The notes beneath the pieces were generated by a model. It did no database searches. It was not told where the DNA came from and saw nothing but the letters and a program-made list of their open reading frames with translations. Positions 16,753-25,373 of a stretch of 64,000 bases of DNA are shown here, piece after piece. The position numbers were made by a program, and so were the translations under genes. The DNA comes from Armatimonadota bacterium (GTDB taxonomy: Bacteria > Armatimonadota > HRBIN16), in contig JBMFOT010000004.1 in assembly GCA_049969495.1 (NCBI GenBank), positions 11,906-75,905 on the forward strand, given 5' to 3'. How positions within the stretch are numbered: the stretch's first letter is position 1; every line of letters starts with the position of its first letter.

Positions 16753-17850
16753 ATGGTGTTTTCGCAACTATGGCGTCGTGTAAGGCGGCGCGGACTGGAC
16801 AGGGAGCAGGCGGCGGTGGAACCCATCGCCGCCCTTCGTTTTGGTGGCGCAGGGGATGCGGACGACCTGCTGCGCACGCGCGGGGAGCGGGTGTACGAGG
16901 AGATGCTCACCGACGCGCAGGTGCAGTCTGCGCTCACCACCAAGAAGTTCGGCGTGCTGGACGCGGACTGGCAAATCGTGCCCGGTGGCGAGGACGAGCG
17001 ATCACAACGGGCGGCGGAGCTGGTGCGCTTTGCGCTGGGGCAGCTGCGCGGTTCGGTGACCCGCATCCTGCTGAACGCGCTGGACGCCTTAGCGCACGGC
17101 TATGCGGTGCAGGAGATTAACTACACCCTGTGCGAGCAGGAGCCGTGGCGCGGGATGGTGGTATGGCAGAGCATCAAGAGCAAACCGCCCCGCCTGTTTC
17201 GGCTGGAGACGGACGAGTTCCGAAACCTGAGGGCATTATACCTGCGACTGCCGGGCGGTGAGGAGAAGCCCCTGCCTGCCGAGAAGTTTGTGGTGTATTC
17301 GTACAACGGCAGTTACGAATCGCCGACGGGGCGTAGTGACCTACGCGCGGCATACAAACACTGGTGGGCGAAGGGATTGCTGTTGAAGTTCTGGCTGTTA
17401 TCGCTGGAGAAGTTCGGTGCGCCGACGGTCAAAGGGGTGGTGCCGCGCCATGTGCCCGAGGCGGAGCGGCGGGAGCTGTTAGAGGTGTTGGATCGTATCC
17501 AGCAGGAGACGGCAGTGGTGCTGCCGGAGGACGTGCAGATTGAGTTGTTAGAGGGCAAGTCACCTGTTGGCGCGGCGTATCTGCAGGCGGTGCAGTTTCA
17601 CAACAAGGAGATTGCGCGGGCGATATTGGGGCAAACGCTGGCGACCGACGAAGGGATGCGCACCGGCTCGCTCGCACTGGGCAAGGTGCACTATCGCGTG
17701 ATGCAGCTCTATTTTCGCGCCTTGCGCAGGGACCTGGCTGAGCAGGTGATGGAGGAGCAGCTGTTCCGTCGGCTGGTAGAGCTAAACTTCGCCGACGCGA
17801 AGACGCCGCGATTCGTATGGGTGGAGAGAGAGGTTGCAGGGGAGGGGTAG
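16753..17850 (+). CDS. Mu gp29-like phage portal protein (DUF935), short form
   Basis: AILGQTLATDEGMRTGSLALGKVHYRV and KHWWAKGLLLKFWLLSLEKFGAPTVKG motifs characteristic of DUF935. 365 aa, against roughly 450-520 for typical family members. Confidence 0.6.
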   Translation: MVFSQLWRRVRRRGLDREQAAVEPIAALRFGGAGDADDLLRTRGERVYEEMLTDAQVQSALTTKKFGVLDADWQIVPGGEDERSQRAAELVRFALGQLRGSVTRILLNALDALAHGYAVQEINYTLCEQEPWRGMVVWQSIKSKPPRLFRLETDEFRNLRALYLRLPGGEEKPLPAEKFVVYSYNGSYESPTGRSDLRAAYKHWWAKGLLLKFWLLSLEKFGAPTVKGVVPRHVPEAERRELLEVLDRIQQETAVVLPEDVQIELLEGKSPVGAAYLQAVQFHNKEIARAILGQTLATDEGMRTGSLALGKVHYRVMQLYFRALRRDLAEQVMEEQLFRRLVELNFADAKTPRFVWVEREVAGEG

Positions 17851-17963
17851 GCATCCTCGTTACTTTACCGTTTTTTGTCCAATCCCCGCAAAGTGCGCAA
17901 TAGGTATGGCACTCCTCTTGCACTATTTCAGGGTGGAAACACCTTATGAAGGAGGAGTGTCTG

Positions 17964-18665
17964 ATGAGTCGATGGATTTTGAGCCTTGCAGTTGGGCTTG
18001 CGCTTGCCAGCAGTGCCTGCGCAGTGACCATCAGCCTGCACAGTTACGATACCAGCTACACCGCCGATACCGTTCTGGACGGCAGCACCCGTTGGGTCTA
18101 TATCGGCGCAATACGCCTGAATATTACGGGAGACCCCTTGCCAAAGGAAGCGTGGTGTGTGGACCTGAAGCAAGCGGTGGCGAGTGGTTCCTGGGACGCC
18201 GTGCAAAAGAACACCATCGCTACTGCGCTGGACGATGGGCGTCGTGCGGACTGGGCGATGGGCGCGTTGTGGAAGAACCGCCCCTCCGCTATCGATGCAC
18301 GGGGGCGTGCTGCGCTACAATTAGCGATATGGGAGGCGTTGTACGATGGTTTCGGCGCGAATCCGTTCAGCAGTGGACGCTTTCGCGTGACGAACGTGTT
18401 CAACGGCACAAACCGCAGCTCTACCGATAGCCTGACCCTGACGCTGGCGCAGAGCTATCTGCAGGCATGGAACGGTCTGGGCGTTCCGAACGGCGTTCTG
18501 TACGACGCTCCCTTGCCCGGTGCGGGCACACGCTCGCAGGATTTCATCCTGACACCGGGAGGGGGATTTACCCCTCAAGCGGTTCCTGAAGGGGGGACGC
18601 TTTCGCTGACGCTAGCCGGGTTGCTGGGTGTAGGCGGTCTGTTGAGGCGGCGGATAATGATGTAG
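17964..18665 (+). CDS. PEP-CTERM sorting domain secreted protein
   Basis: SD GAAGGAGG 8 nt before ATG 17964. Signal peptide. C-terminal VPEGGTLSLTLAGLLGVGGLLRRR, which is a PEP-like motif, a TM helix and an Arg cluster. Confidence 0.7.
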   Translation: MSRWILSLAVGLALASSACAVTISLHSYDTSYTADTVLDGSTRWVYIGAIRLNITGDPLPKEAWCVDLKQAVASGSWDAVQKNTIATALDDGRRADWAMGALWKNRPSAIDARGRAALQLAIWEALYDGFGANPFSSGRFRVTNVFNGTNRSSTDSLTLTLAQSYLQAWNGLGVPNGVLYDAPLPGAGTRSQDFILTPGGGFTPQAVPEGGTLSLTLAGLLGVGGLLRRRIMM

Positions 18666-18719
18666 CCCGCTCGCGGGGAGGGCTGGGGTGGGGGCTAAAC
18701 CGGCTCACCGAAAAACATC

Positions 18720-18741
18720 GGGCAACCACAGGGGGTTGCCC
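18720..18741 (-). terminator. intrinsic terminator for the minus-strand GNAT operon (inverted copy of the 13782 REP element)
   Basis: GGGCAACC-ACAGGG-GGTTGCCC. On the minus strand the hairpin is followed by GATGTTTTT. Confidence 0.55.
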
Positions 18742-18757
18742 CTACCGCATGGATGCG

Positions 18758-19735
18758 CTAAATCTGCCGAGACGCAGGATAGTATCGCTTCCACACGCGG
18801 AAGCCGATTTTGCCGTAGAAATCCACTAGGTCGGTCCAGTCGATTGCCATGCGTTGTGCGCCCTGCTGCTTTACGTACTCCACACCCTTGCAGAGCAGCG
18901 CCAGTCCCAACCCTTTCCCCCGCGTGCTCTGGGCAAGACCGATGGGTCCCAACCCGCCGTACGCTTCGCCCAGCAGCTGTCGCCAGTAGATGGATGGCCC
19001 GATGCGTTTGGAGCCGCGATGGAAGGTATGGCAGAACCCCACCACCTCATCCCCTTGCGTGAGGATAAGGATGTCGCGAGGGGTGTCCTCTACCTCCAGC
19101 CTCTTTGCGGTCTCGTAGTACCACCTGCCGGGAAACTCCTGCTGCAGGAAACGGAGCAGAGCGGGCACATCATCGGGGGTGCAGGAGCGTATGGAGTACT
19201 CCTCGCGCAGGCGTTGCAGATTCGCCTCCACCTCTTCGGGCACGCGATAGTCCGCCAGTTCGCGCGCCAGGTCCACTGCAACATGTTCGCCGATAGCGAA
19301 CCCCACCTCCCGCAGGAGCTGCTGGTGGAGGGTTTGCTCAGCGGGGACGCCGGGGAAGAAGTGGGCGGGGTCGGAGCCGTAGCTTACCCGCTTTCTCCCC
19401 TTCGCTTTCAGCCAGTCCAGCGCAATTTGCAGGAGCAGGCGGGCCGCCTGTAAGCCTTCCTCATTGGGCAGGAAGGCAAGCGCGCCGATCCACCCCTGCT
19501 CGGGCATCATGCCCGCCGAACCCAGCGGTTCTTTGCACACCTTCGCGTGCGCGTACGCCAGCAGGTTGCCCCTGGCGTCTTCCGTTACCCAAACCGCCTC
19601 CGGGTCGAAATGGGCATCCCGCAGCACGTTCTGTTCAAACAGAGCGGAATCCAGCGGGAACTGTTCGCCCATGCACCGGTTCCACAGATTCAATACCGCC
19701 CGTTCGTCTCCCGCACGCAAAAGGCGTATCTGCAT
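18758..19735 (-). CDS. tandem GNAT-domain N-acetyltransferase
   Basis: Two GNAT cores (R/Q-x-x-G-x-G/A motifs: GRKRV...; RGKGLGLALL). Confidence 0.75.
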   Translation of the reverse strand: MQIRLLRAGDERAVLNLWNRCMGEQFPLDSALFEQNVLRDAHFDPEAVWVTEDARGNLLAYAHAKVCKEPLGSAGMMPEQGWIGALAFLPNEEGLQAARLLLQIALDWLKAKGRKRVSYGSDPAHFFPGVPAEQTLHQQLLREVGFAIGEHVAVDLARELADYRVPEEVEANLQRLREEYSIRSCTPDDVPALLRFLQQEFPGRWYYETAKRLEVEDTPRDILILTQGDEVVGFCHTFHRGSKRIGPSIYWRQLLGEAYGGLGPIGLAQSTRGKGLGLALLCKGVEYVKQQGAQRMAIDWTDLVDFYGKIGFRVWKRYYPASRQI

Positions 19736-19737
19736 CT

Positions 19738-20304
19738 TCAGTGTCCCACTCTCTGTCCGTATTTATCTATCTGGGTTCGCAAATGGGCGTCATAGCGAGC
19801 CACGATGTCACGGGTCAGGATGATGCGTTCCAGTAGGTCACCCTCATCGCCTTCGATAACCTGCATCACGTGCGCCGGTGCGAACAGCTTCTCGAAGGGG
19901 TCCTCTTGCGGATTGCCATCTTGTTCGGAGAGCACCTGCCGGATGATGGGAGCCATCGCACGGCGCACGGGGGCGTAGTGCTCCGTGAACCAGTTTCGCA
20001 CCTGCTGGTACTGCTCGTCACAACCGTCGTGCACGGTGTCACGCGCTGCCCAGCACAGCACGTCTACCAGTTGTTCATACTGTTCGTAAAAAGCAAGAAA
20101 CTGCTCGCGCTGACGCCGGTACTGCGCCAGCGGGTCGGTGCGCTCCAGAATCCAGTGCGCCACCAGAGAGACCCCATCCTGTACCCGTGTGGTAAACGCC
20201 CTCATCCCCCGTACTGCCCAGAGATAACAACGGCGAATGAAATAATAGCGTACCCACTGCGCACGTAGCCAGCGAACCTCAGCGCCCTCTTGCGAACGAT
20301 GCAT
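19738..20304 (-). CDS. hypothetical protein
   Basis: Long ORF 3 nt upstream of the GNAT gene on the same strand. No motif recognised. Confidence 0.45.
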   Translation of the reverse strand: MHRSQEGAEVRWLRAQWVRYYFIRRCYLWAVRGMRAFTTRVQDGVSLVAHWILERTDPLAQYRRQREQFLAFYEQYEQLVDVLCWAARDTVHDGCDEQYQQVRNWFTEHYAPVRRAMAPIIRQVLSEQDGNPQEDPFEKLFAPAHVMQVIEGDEGDLLERIILTRDIVARYDAHLRTQIDKYGQRVGH

Positions 20305-20343
20305 GGTCGCCTCCTTCTCTCTTTCGATTCGCGGTGCAGAGGA

Positions 20344-20661
20344 CTATCCACCCGCACTGCGCTGCACAAAATTGAGCCGTAAGTCGGTCAGCAGACGCTC
20401 CAAATCGCGGCGCTGTGAGTCGGTGATATGGGGTTTCAGTACCTCTGTCAGCGCCGCCACACCGTCGATGGCAATCTTCGCCTGTGGCAGGTCCGTATGC
20501 AACTCCCCCGAGATGGGGTCTTTCCACAGGCCCATCTTAATCCATGCTTGAGCCTGCAGTTCCCCAATCAGCCACAAGACGAGGTTTACCACATCCACAG
20601 GTTCCTTCTGAACCTGTTCTTCCTGCGTGGCTTGCTCAGATTGCGCCTGCGGTTCCTCCAT
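20344..20661 (-). CDS. DUF1844 family protein
   Basis: VNLVLWLIGELQAQAWIKMGL...LPQAKIAIDGVAAL...LRLNFV pattern. The ATG at 20661 has an SD. The longer TTG ORF does not. Confidence 0.6.
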   Translation of the reverse strand: MEEPQAQSEQATQEEQVQKEPVDVVNLVLWLIGELQAQAWIKMGLWKDPISGELHTDLPQAKIAIDGVAALTEVLKPHITDSQRRDLERLLTDLRLNFVQRSAGG

Positions 20662-20719
20662 CTCAGCACCCCCAGCAGTGTCACCGATTATATCACACCT
20701 TCCTCGGGACGGCAACTGT

Positions 20720-23700
20720 TCATCTGTCTGCTTGTAGCTTAAAATGATAGTCGCCGGAGCCCACTTCCACTATCATCCAATCGCCATCATCACGTGCGCT
20801 TCTCACGCCGGGTACTCTGGGCACAAACGCGCCGTTGCGCCATACCTTGCCTTCCGCCTCCGTCAGGATGGGGTGTGCGATGCCCAGCTTGGGGATGTAT
20901 ACCGTTGCGGAGCTGTTGGCAGGCACGATGACACTCAGCAGAAAAGCGTCGGGACGCTTCTCCCAGCGTACCCCTACCCTGCCGCGCACGGTATCTACAG
21001 AGGCTTGCGCCCAGCGCAGGTCACCAACAGGATGCGGGCGTACGATGAAATGTTCCCAATCGCCTTGTGAAGCATCGGGCTGAATGCCCGCCAGCGCCTC
21101 ATAGAACCATGCGCTAACCAGCCCGAACGCAGGGTGGTTGTGCGAGTTCATACCCGGGCCGACCTCATACTTCCACAGCTCCCAGATGGTGGTCGCGCCC
21201 ATTCGCACCATGTAGCCCCAGCTGGGGTAGGTATCCTGTGAGGCAACTAGATAGGCGATGTCCGCGCGTCCCAGCATGGTCAGCGTATCCAGCAGGTAGC
21301 GTGTGCCAATGAACCCCGTGCTGAGGTGTCCTTTGTGGTTCACGGTAATGTCGTGTACCACACTGTCCAGCACCTTCTGCCGGTGTTCCTCCGGCACAAT
21401 GCCCAGATAAAGCGGGAAGATGTTGGAGAACTGGCTGCCGTTGCCGTACTGACCGCTCTGCGCGTTCCAGAAGCGTTTATTAAAGGCGTCGGCGATGCGT
21501 TCGCACAGGGCGCGGTACTCTCGCTCGTCGGTGTGTTTGCCCAGCACATGCGCGATGTCCGCCAGCACCTTCACGCTCAGGTAGTACGTGCCTGTGGAGA
21601 TAAGGTCTTTGGGCGTTTCCACCACCGCCACCCAATCGCCGTAGTTGTTGCGGGTGAGGATACAGTTCTCTCCTGCCTCCCGGCGCAGCATCTCCACGTA
21701 GCGCTTCATGCCCTCGTAGTGTTCTTCTAGCAGATATGTTGCACCCGTGTGGCGATACATATCCCAGCAGATGAATAGATATGCCCCTGCCCACTGCGGG
21801 TCGCCCGGGTTAGTGCCCCATACGTGGGGCACGGTGTCGGGAATGCGCCCGTCCTCGCCCTGCGCGTCGGCGATGTCGCGTAGGAACTTCACGTAGGCGG
21901 ATTCGGCGGTGAAGTTGTACAAGCCCATGTTGGCGGTCATCTGGGCATCGCCCATCCAGCCCTGTCGCTCGTCGCGCTGGGGACAGTCGGTGGGGATGCT
22001 GTGCCAGTTGGTGCGGTACCCCCACTGGGCGTTGCGCTGAATCTGGTTGAGTAGTTCGTTAGAGCACTCGAACTGCCCGCGTTGTGTAAAGGAAGTATGT
22101 ACCACTCTTCCTTCAATATCTTCCGGCTTCAGGGTGCCCGGGTAGCCCTCTACCTGCACGTAGCGGAAGCCGTGGTAGGTGAAGCGTGGCTCGTAAACCT
22201 CTATCCCCTTGCCTTTCAGGATGTAGGTATCGGTCGCTCTGGCGGAGCGCAGGTTTTGCTGGTTCACCAGCCCGTTCTCGAACAGCACTTCGGCGTGTTT
22301 GAGAGTCACGGTAGTGCCTGCGCTGCCTTTCACTTGCAGACGGCACCAGCCGGAGAAGTTCTGTCCGAAATCCACCACGAACACGCCCGGTCGCGGCTCG
22401 GAAATCCATTTGGGCTTGAGGGTCTGCGTCACCTTGATGGGCGGCATCATTTGCGCCGAGAGCGTCGCGCCTGGCGGGTCACTGAGCAATACCGGTTGCC
22501 ATTCCCCCTGCCGTTCGGCGAAGCCGGGTTCGCACCAGCCGGGTTGCTCCAGCCGAGCGTCGTACGTCTCGCCATGATACAGGCTGTTGTCCAGAACGGG
22601 ACTCTTTGCCCAGCGCCATTCGCCGTCGCTGAGGATAATTTGCTCGGTGCCGTCGGTGTATTCGATATGCATCTGTAGCAGCAAATGGGGTTTGCCCTTC
22701 CACCAGCCGTTGCCCAGTAGTGCGCCCACACAGTTATCGCCCCGTTTCAGCAGAGGAGTGACATCGTAGGTGCTGTAGTAGATGCGCTTGTGAAAGTTCG
22801 TGTAGGGCGGGTCCAGCACACGGTCGCCTACCCTCTTGCCGTTGAGATAGAGCTCATAATAACCCAAACCGGTGACGTAGGCGCGAGCGCGTTTGACCCT
22901 GCCTGTCACCCTGAACTCGCGTCGCAGCATGGGAGCGTACGTATCCGACGGACGGGATTCGCGCACCCCATCGGTGAGCATCGCCCGCGCCCAGTCGTTC
23001 TCCTCGATGCTGTCCATGTTCCAGCTGTCGGTGGTTACGGTAGCGTAGAGGGCGAGGTTTGTCCCTGCCGCGTCCAACACTTCCATCTCCGCCAGCGCCG
23101 CCAGCGGGCGCGTATCGGCGGGGTGGTGTAGTTTGGTGATAACCAGTCGCACATAGCGCGCCTTCTGATCGCCCACGTCGATGGCAAACGGTTTTGCGCC
23201 CGGATTGGGCACGTCGGCTTGCGTGTAGTCGGCGAGAAGGCGCGAACGGGTGAAGTCGGGCTCGTCGCTGGCTTCGAGGCGGAAGCGCACGGGAAAGCCG
23301 AAGCCGGGTTCGTCGCGCACCCAGTTATGCGGGCGGGCGGGGTAAAGCACCACCCGCCGGAACTGCACCGACCGGCGCAGGTCTAACTGCACCCATTTGG
23401 TCACGTCCACGCTGTCCGCAAACTGTGAGTGCCAGCCGTTTCCACCCGCTCGGGGCACGGCAATCCACTTCGCCTGCCACTCGTCGGGGTGCAGCAGAGC
23501 GGTTTCGAAGGTGGCAGGCTGGCTGTACGCACTGGCGACACCGTTGTGGTCCCATATCCGCACGCGCCAGTAGTAAGTGGTTCTGCTCTGCAGAGGTTTG
23601 CCCTCGTAGCGGACATGCAGACTCTGCGAGGATGCCACCTTACCGCTATCCCACATATCCGCTTTGCCATCGCGAAGCAGCTCCGGTCTGCTGGCGACCT

Positions 23701-23905
23701 GAATCTGGTATGCGCTCTGGCTGGCGCCGCGCTCCTGATGTTGCATCTGCCACGAGAAATGCGGCTGGAGGGTGTCTATTCCCAGAGGATTTTGCGACCA
23801 ATCGGTGAGAAGATGAGCGACGCTAAGACGACGCTTCGACTCGCCCGGTAGCGCAAGCATTAATAAAAGCACAGGAACAAGTAGCCAATCCGTTCGCAAC
23901 TTCAC
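20720..23905 (-). CDS. secreted alpha-L-rhamnosidase (GH78) with discoidin-like insert
   Basis: Signal peptide. N-terminal GH78 motifs (QPHFSW, YYWRVRIWD, FETALL). Catalytic six-hairpin region (WMGDAQ...YEEHY...). Confidence 0.85.
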   Translation of the reverse strand: MKLRTDWLLVPVLLLMLALPGESKRRLSVAHLLTDWSQNPLGIDTLQPHFSWQMQHQERGASQSAYQIQVASRPELLRDGKADMWDSGKVASSQSLHVRYEGKPLQSRTTYYWRVRIWDHNGVASAYSQPATFETALLHPDEWQAKWIAVPRAGGNGWHSQFADSVDVTKWVQLDLRRSVQFRRVVLYPARPHNWVRDEPGFGFPVRFRLEASDEPDFTRSRLLADYTQADVPNPGAKPFAIDVGDQKARYVRLVITKLHHPADTRPLAALAEMEVLDAAGTNLALYATVTTDSWNMDSIEENDWARAMLTDGVRESRPSDTYAPMLRREFRVTGRVKRARAYVTGLGYYELYLNGKRVGDRVLDPPYTNFHKRIYYSTYDVTPLLKRGDNCVGALLGNGWWKGKPHLLLQMHIEYTDGTEQIILSDGEWRWAKSPVLDNSLYHGETYDARLEQPGWCEPGFAERQGEWQPVLLSDPPGATLSAQMMPPIKVTQTLKPKWISEPRPGVFVVDFGQNFSGWCRLQVKGSAGTTVTLKHAEVLFENGLVNQQNLRSARATDTYILKGKGIEVYEPRFTYHGFRYVQVEGYPGTLKPEDIEGRVVHTSFTQRGQFECSNELLNQIQRNAQWGYRTNWHSIPTDCPQRDERQGWMGDAQMTANMGLYNFTAESAYVKFLRDIADAQGEDGRIPDTVPHVWGTNPGDPQWAGAYLFICWDMYRHTGATYLLEEHYEGMKRYVEMLRREAGENCILTRNNYGDWVAVVETPKDLISTGTYYLSVKVLADIAHVLGKHTDEREYRALCERIADAFNKRFWNAQSGQYGNGSQFSNIFPLYLGIVPEEHRQKVLDSVVHDITVNHKGHLSTGFIGTRYLLDTLTMLGRADIAYLVASQDTYPSWGYMVRMGATTIWELWKYEVGPGMNSHNHPAFGLVSAWFYEALAGIQPDASQGDWEHFIVRPHPVGDLRWAQASVDTVRGRVGVRWEKRPDAFLLSVIVPANSSATVYIPKLGIAHPILTEAEGKVWRNGAFVPRVPGVRSARDDGDWMIVEVGSGDYHFKLQADR

Positions 23906-23949
23906 CCTTCCTCCTTGCGGTTGTTGATATGGCTATTCGCTCCTGCCGG

Positions 23950-24699
23950 TCAGGTTCCTGCAATCTCTCGGTCAAGCGAGAGAATGGTTTGCAGCTGCCG
24001 AGCATTGTCGGGAGCGTAGCCGTTGGTGTCGTTGTTAAAGTACACGTATACCTGCTGTACCTGCTGGAGCAGATCGCGGATATGCGCAGCGAGGTCGTGC
24101 AGCTCCTCTGTGCTGTAACAGTAGTCATATGCCTGCGTTACCCCGTGCAAGCGGACGTAAGCAAACGGGGCGGTCACCGTCCAGTTTACCGGATAGCGAG
24201 GGTAACTGATGGTGCAATGCGCCACCCCCAGCGCACGGAGCATCTCGTACACCTCGTCGCACTCCCACGATGGGTGACGAAACTCCACCGCGACGCGCAC
24301 ACCCTCGGGGAACAACCGGAGGAACCCTTCCAGCAGCGGCACATCCTTGTGTAGCCCGGGCGGCAATTGCGCCAGGATCACTCCCAGCTTTTCCTCCAGC
24401 AACCTCAGTCGCTGCATCCATCGCTGTACGACCGGTTGGCAGTCGCGCAGGCGTTGCACATGCGTCGCCTGCCTGGAGAGCTTGGCAGCAAACACAAAGT
24501 GTTCCGGCGTCCGCCGGTGCCAGCTGAGCACCATGTTCTCAAAGGGCAAACGGTAAAAACTGCTGTTAATCTCGACGGTAGGAAACGCTCGTGCGTAGAA
24601 GGCAAGCCACCCTTCGCGTTCCAGTTCTGGTGGATAGAAGATACCCTGCCAGTGATCGTAGCTCCAGCCGGAAGTGCCGATAAGCACACGCGGTGCCAT
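23950..24699 (-). CDS. DUF72 (YecE-like) family protein
   Basis: IGTSGWSYDHWQGIFYP...FYARAFPTVEINSSFYRLP...VEFRHPSW motifs. Confidence 0.8.
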   Translation of the reverse strand: MAPRVLIGTSGWSYDHWQGIFYPPELEREGWLAFYARAFPTVEINSSFYRLPFENMVLSWHRRTPEHFVFAAKLSRQATHVQRLRDCQPVVQRWMQRLRLLEEKLGVILAQLPPGLHKDVPLLEGFLRLFPEGVRVAVEFRHPSWECDEVYEMLRALGVAHCTISYPRYPVNWTVTAPFAYVRLHGVTQAYDYCYSTEELHDLAAHIRDLLQQVQQVYVYFNNDTNGYAPDNARQLQTILSLDREIAGT

Positions 24700-24727
24700 G
24701 CGAAGCCCCCCTGTCTGCAGTATCCTC

Positions 24728-24757
24728 TTGACGATTCGCCCTCAGCTCCGATATAGT
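24728..24757 (+). promoter_or_regulatory. sigma70-like promoter upstream of gmhB
   Basis: TTGACG-N18-TATAGT, followed by SD AGGAGG and TTG start at 24790. Confidence 0.4.
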
Positions 24758-24789
24758 CCTTTTGGAGAACGTCAGAAGGAGGTGAACGC

Positions 24790-25368
24790 TTGAGCGAGAA
24801 AACAACCCGCCCTGCGCTGTTTCTGGACAGAGACGGTGTGATTAACGCCGACCCGGTAGAGTTCGTCACCAGTCCGGAGGAGCTGCAGCTGTTGGCTTGC
24901 TCAGCGGAGGCGATAGCGCGTTTCAATGCGCTGGGCGTGCCGGTGATTGTTTGCTCGAACCAGTCAGGAGTAGCAAAGGGGCTGTACACGCTGGAGACGC
25001 TGGAGCAAATCAGCGAGCGGCTACAGGAGATGCTGCGCGAATACCATGCGCATATCGACGCCTTTTACTATTGCCCGCACGATGATATGGACAACTGCGA
25101 TTGTCGGAAGCCTAAACCGGGGTTGCTACTTCGGGCGGCAAGGGAGCACGCTATCGCGCTGGAGAAATCGGTGTTCGTGGGCGATTCGTGGAGGGACATC
25201 ATTGCGGGACGCGCAGCGGGTGTAAAAACCGTGCTGGTGCTGAGCGGTCACGTGAAGCCGGAGATGCTTGATTCCCCCGAAATAACGCACCACCCACCCG
25301 ACCACATTGCGCCGGACCTTAAAGGGGCGACGGAGTGGATTCTACGCCAGCTGAACAGTTCGGAATAG
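24790..25368 (+). CDS. gmhB: D,D-heptose 1,7-bisphosphate phosphatase (HAD, histidinol-phosphatase-like)
   Basis: FLDRDGVIN...CSNQSGVAKG...YCPH..D.CDCRKPKPG...VGDSWRDIIAG motifs, including the Zn-binding CxH...CxC. Confidence 0.75.
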   Translation: MSEKTTRPALFLDRDGVINADPVEFVTSPEELQLLACSAEAIARFNALGVPVIVCSNQSGVAKGLYTLETLEQISERLQEMLREYHAHIDAFYYCPHDDMDNCDCRKPKPGLLLRAAREHAIALEKSVFVGDSWRDIIAGRAAGVKTVLVLSGHVKPEMLDSPEITHHPPDHIAPDLKGATEWILRQLNSSE

Positions 25369-25373
25369 CGCGC

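Noticed and set aside
16002-17066. 354-aa minus-strand ORF
   Set aside because: Antisense to the ABC ATPase and portal genes. Ser/Ala/Arg low-complexity.
8641-18757. Integrase, transposase or att sites delimiting a prophage
   Set aside because: No tyrosine/serine recombinase or DDE transposase motifs in any frame. No tRNA gene that could act as attB. Flanking direct repeats were not identified by eye. Boundaries therefore remain undefined.
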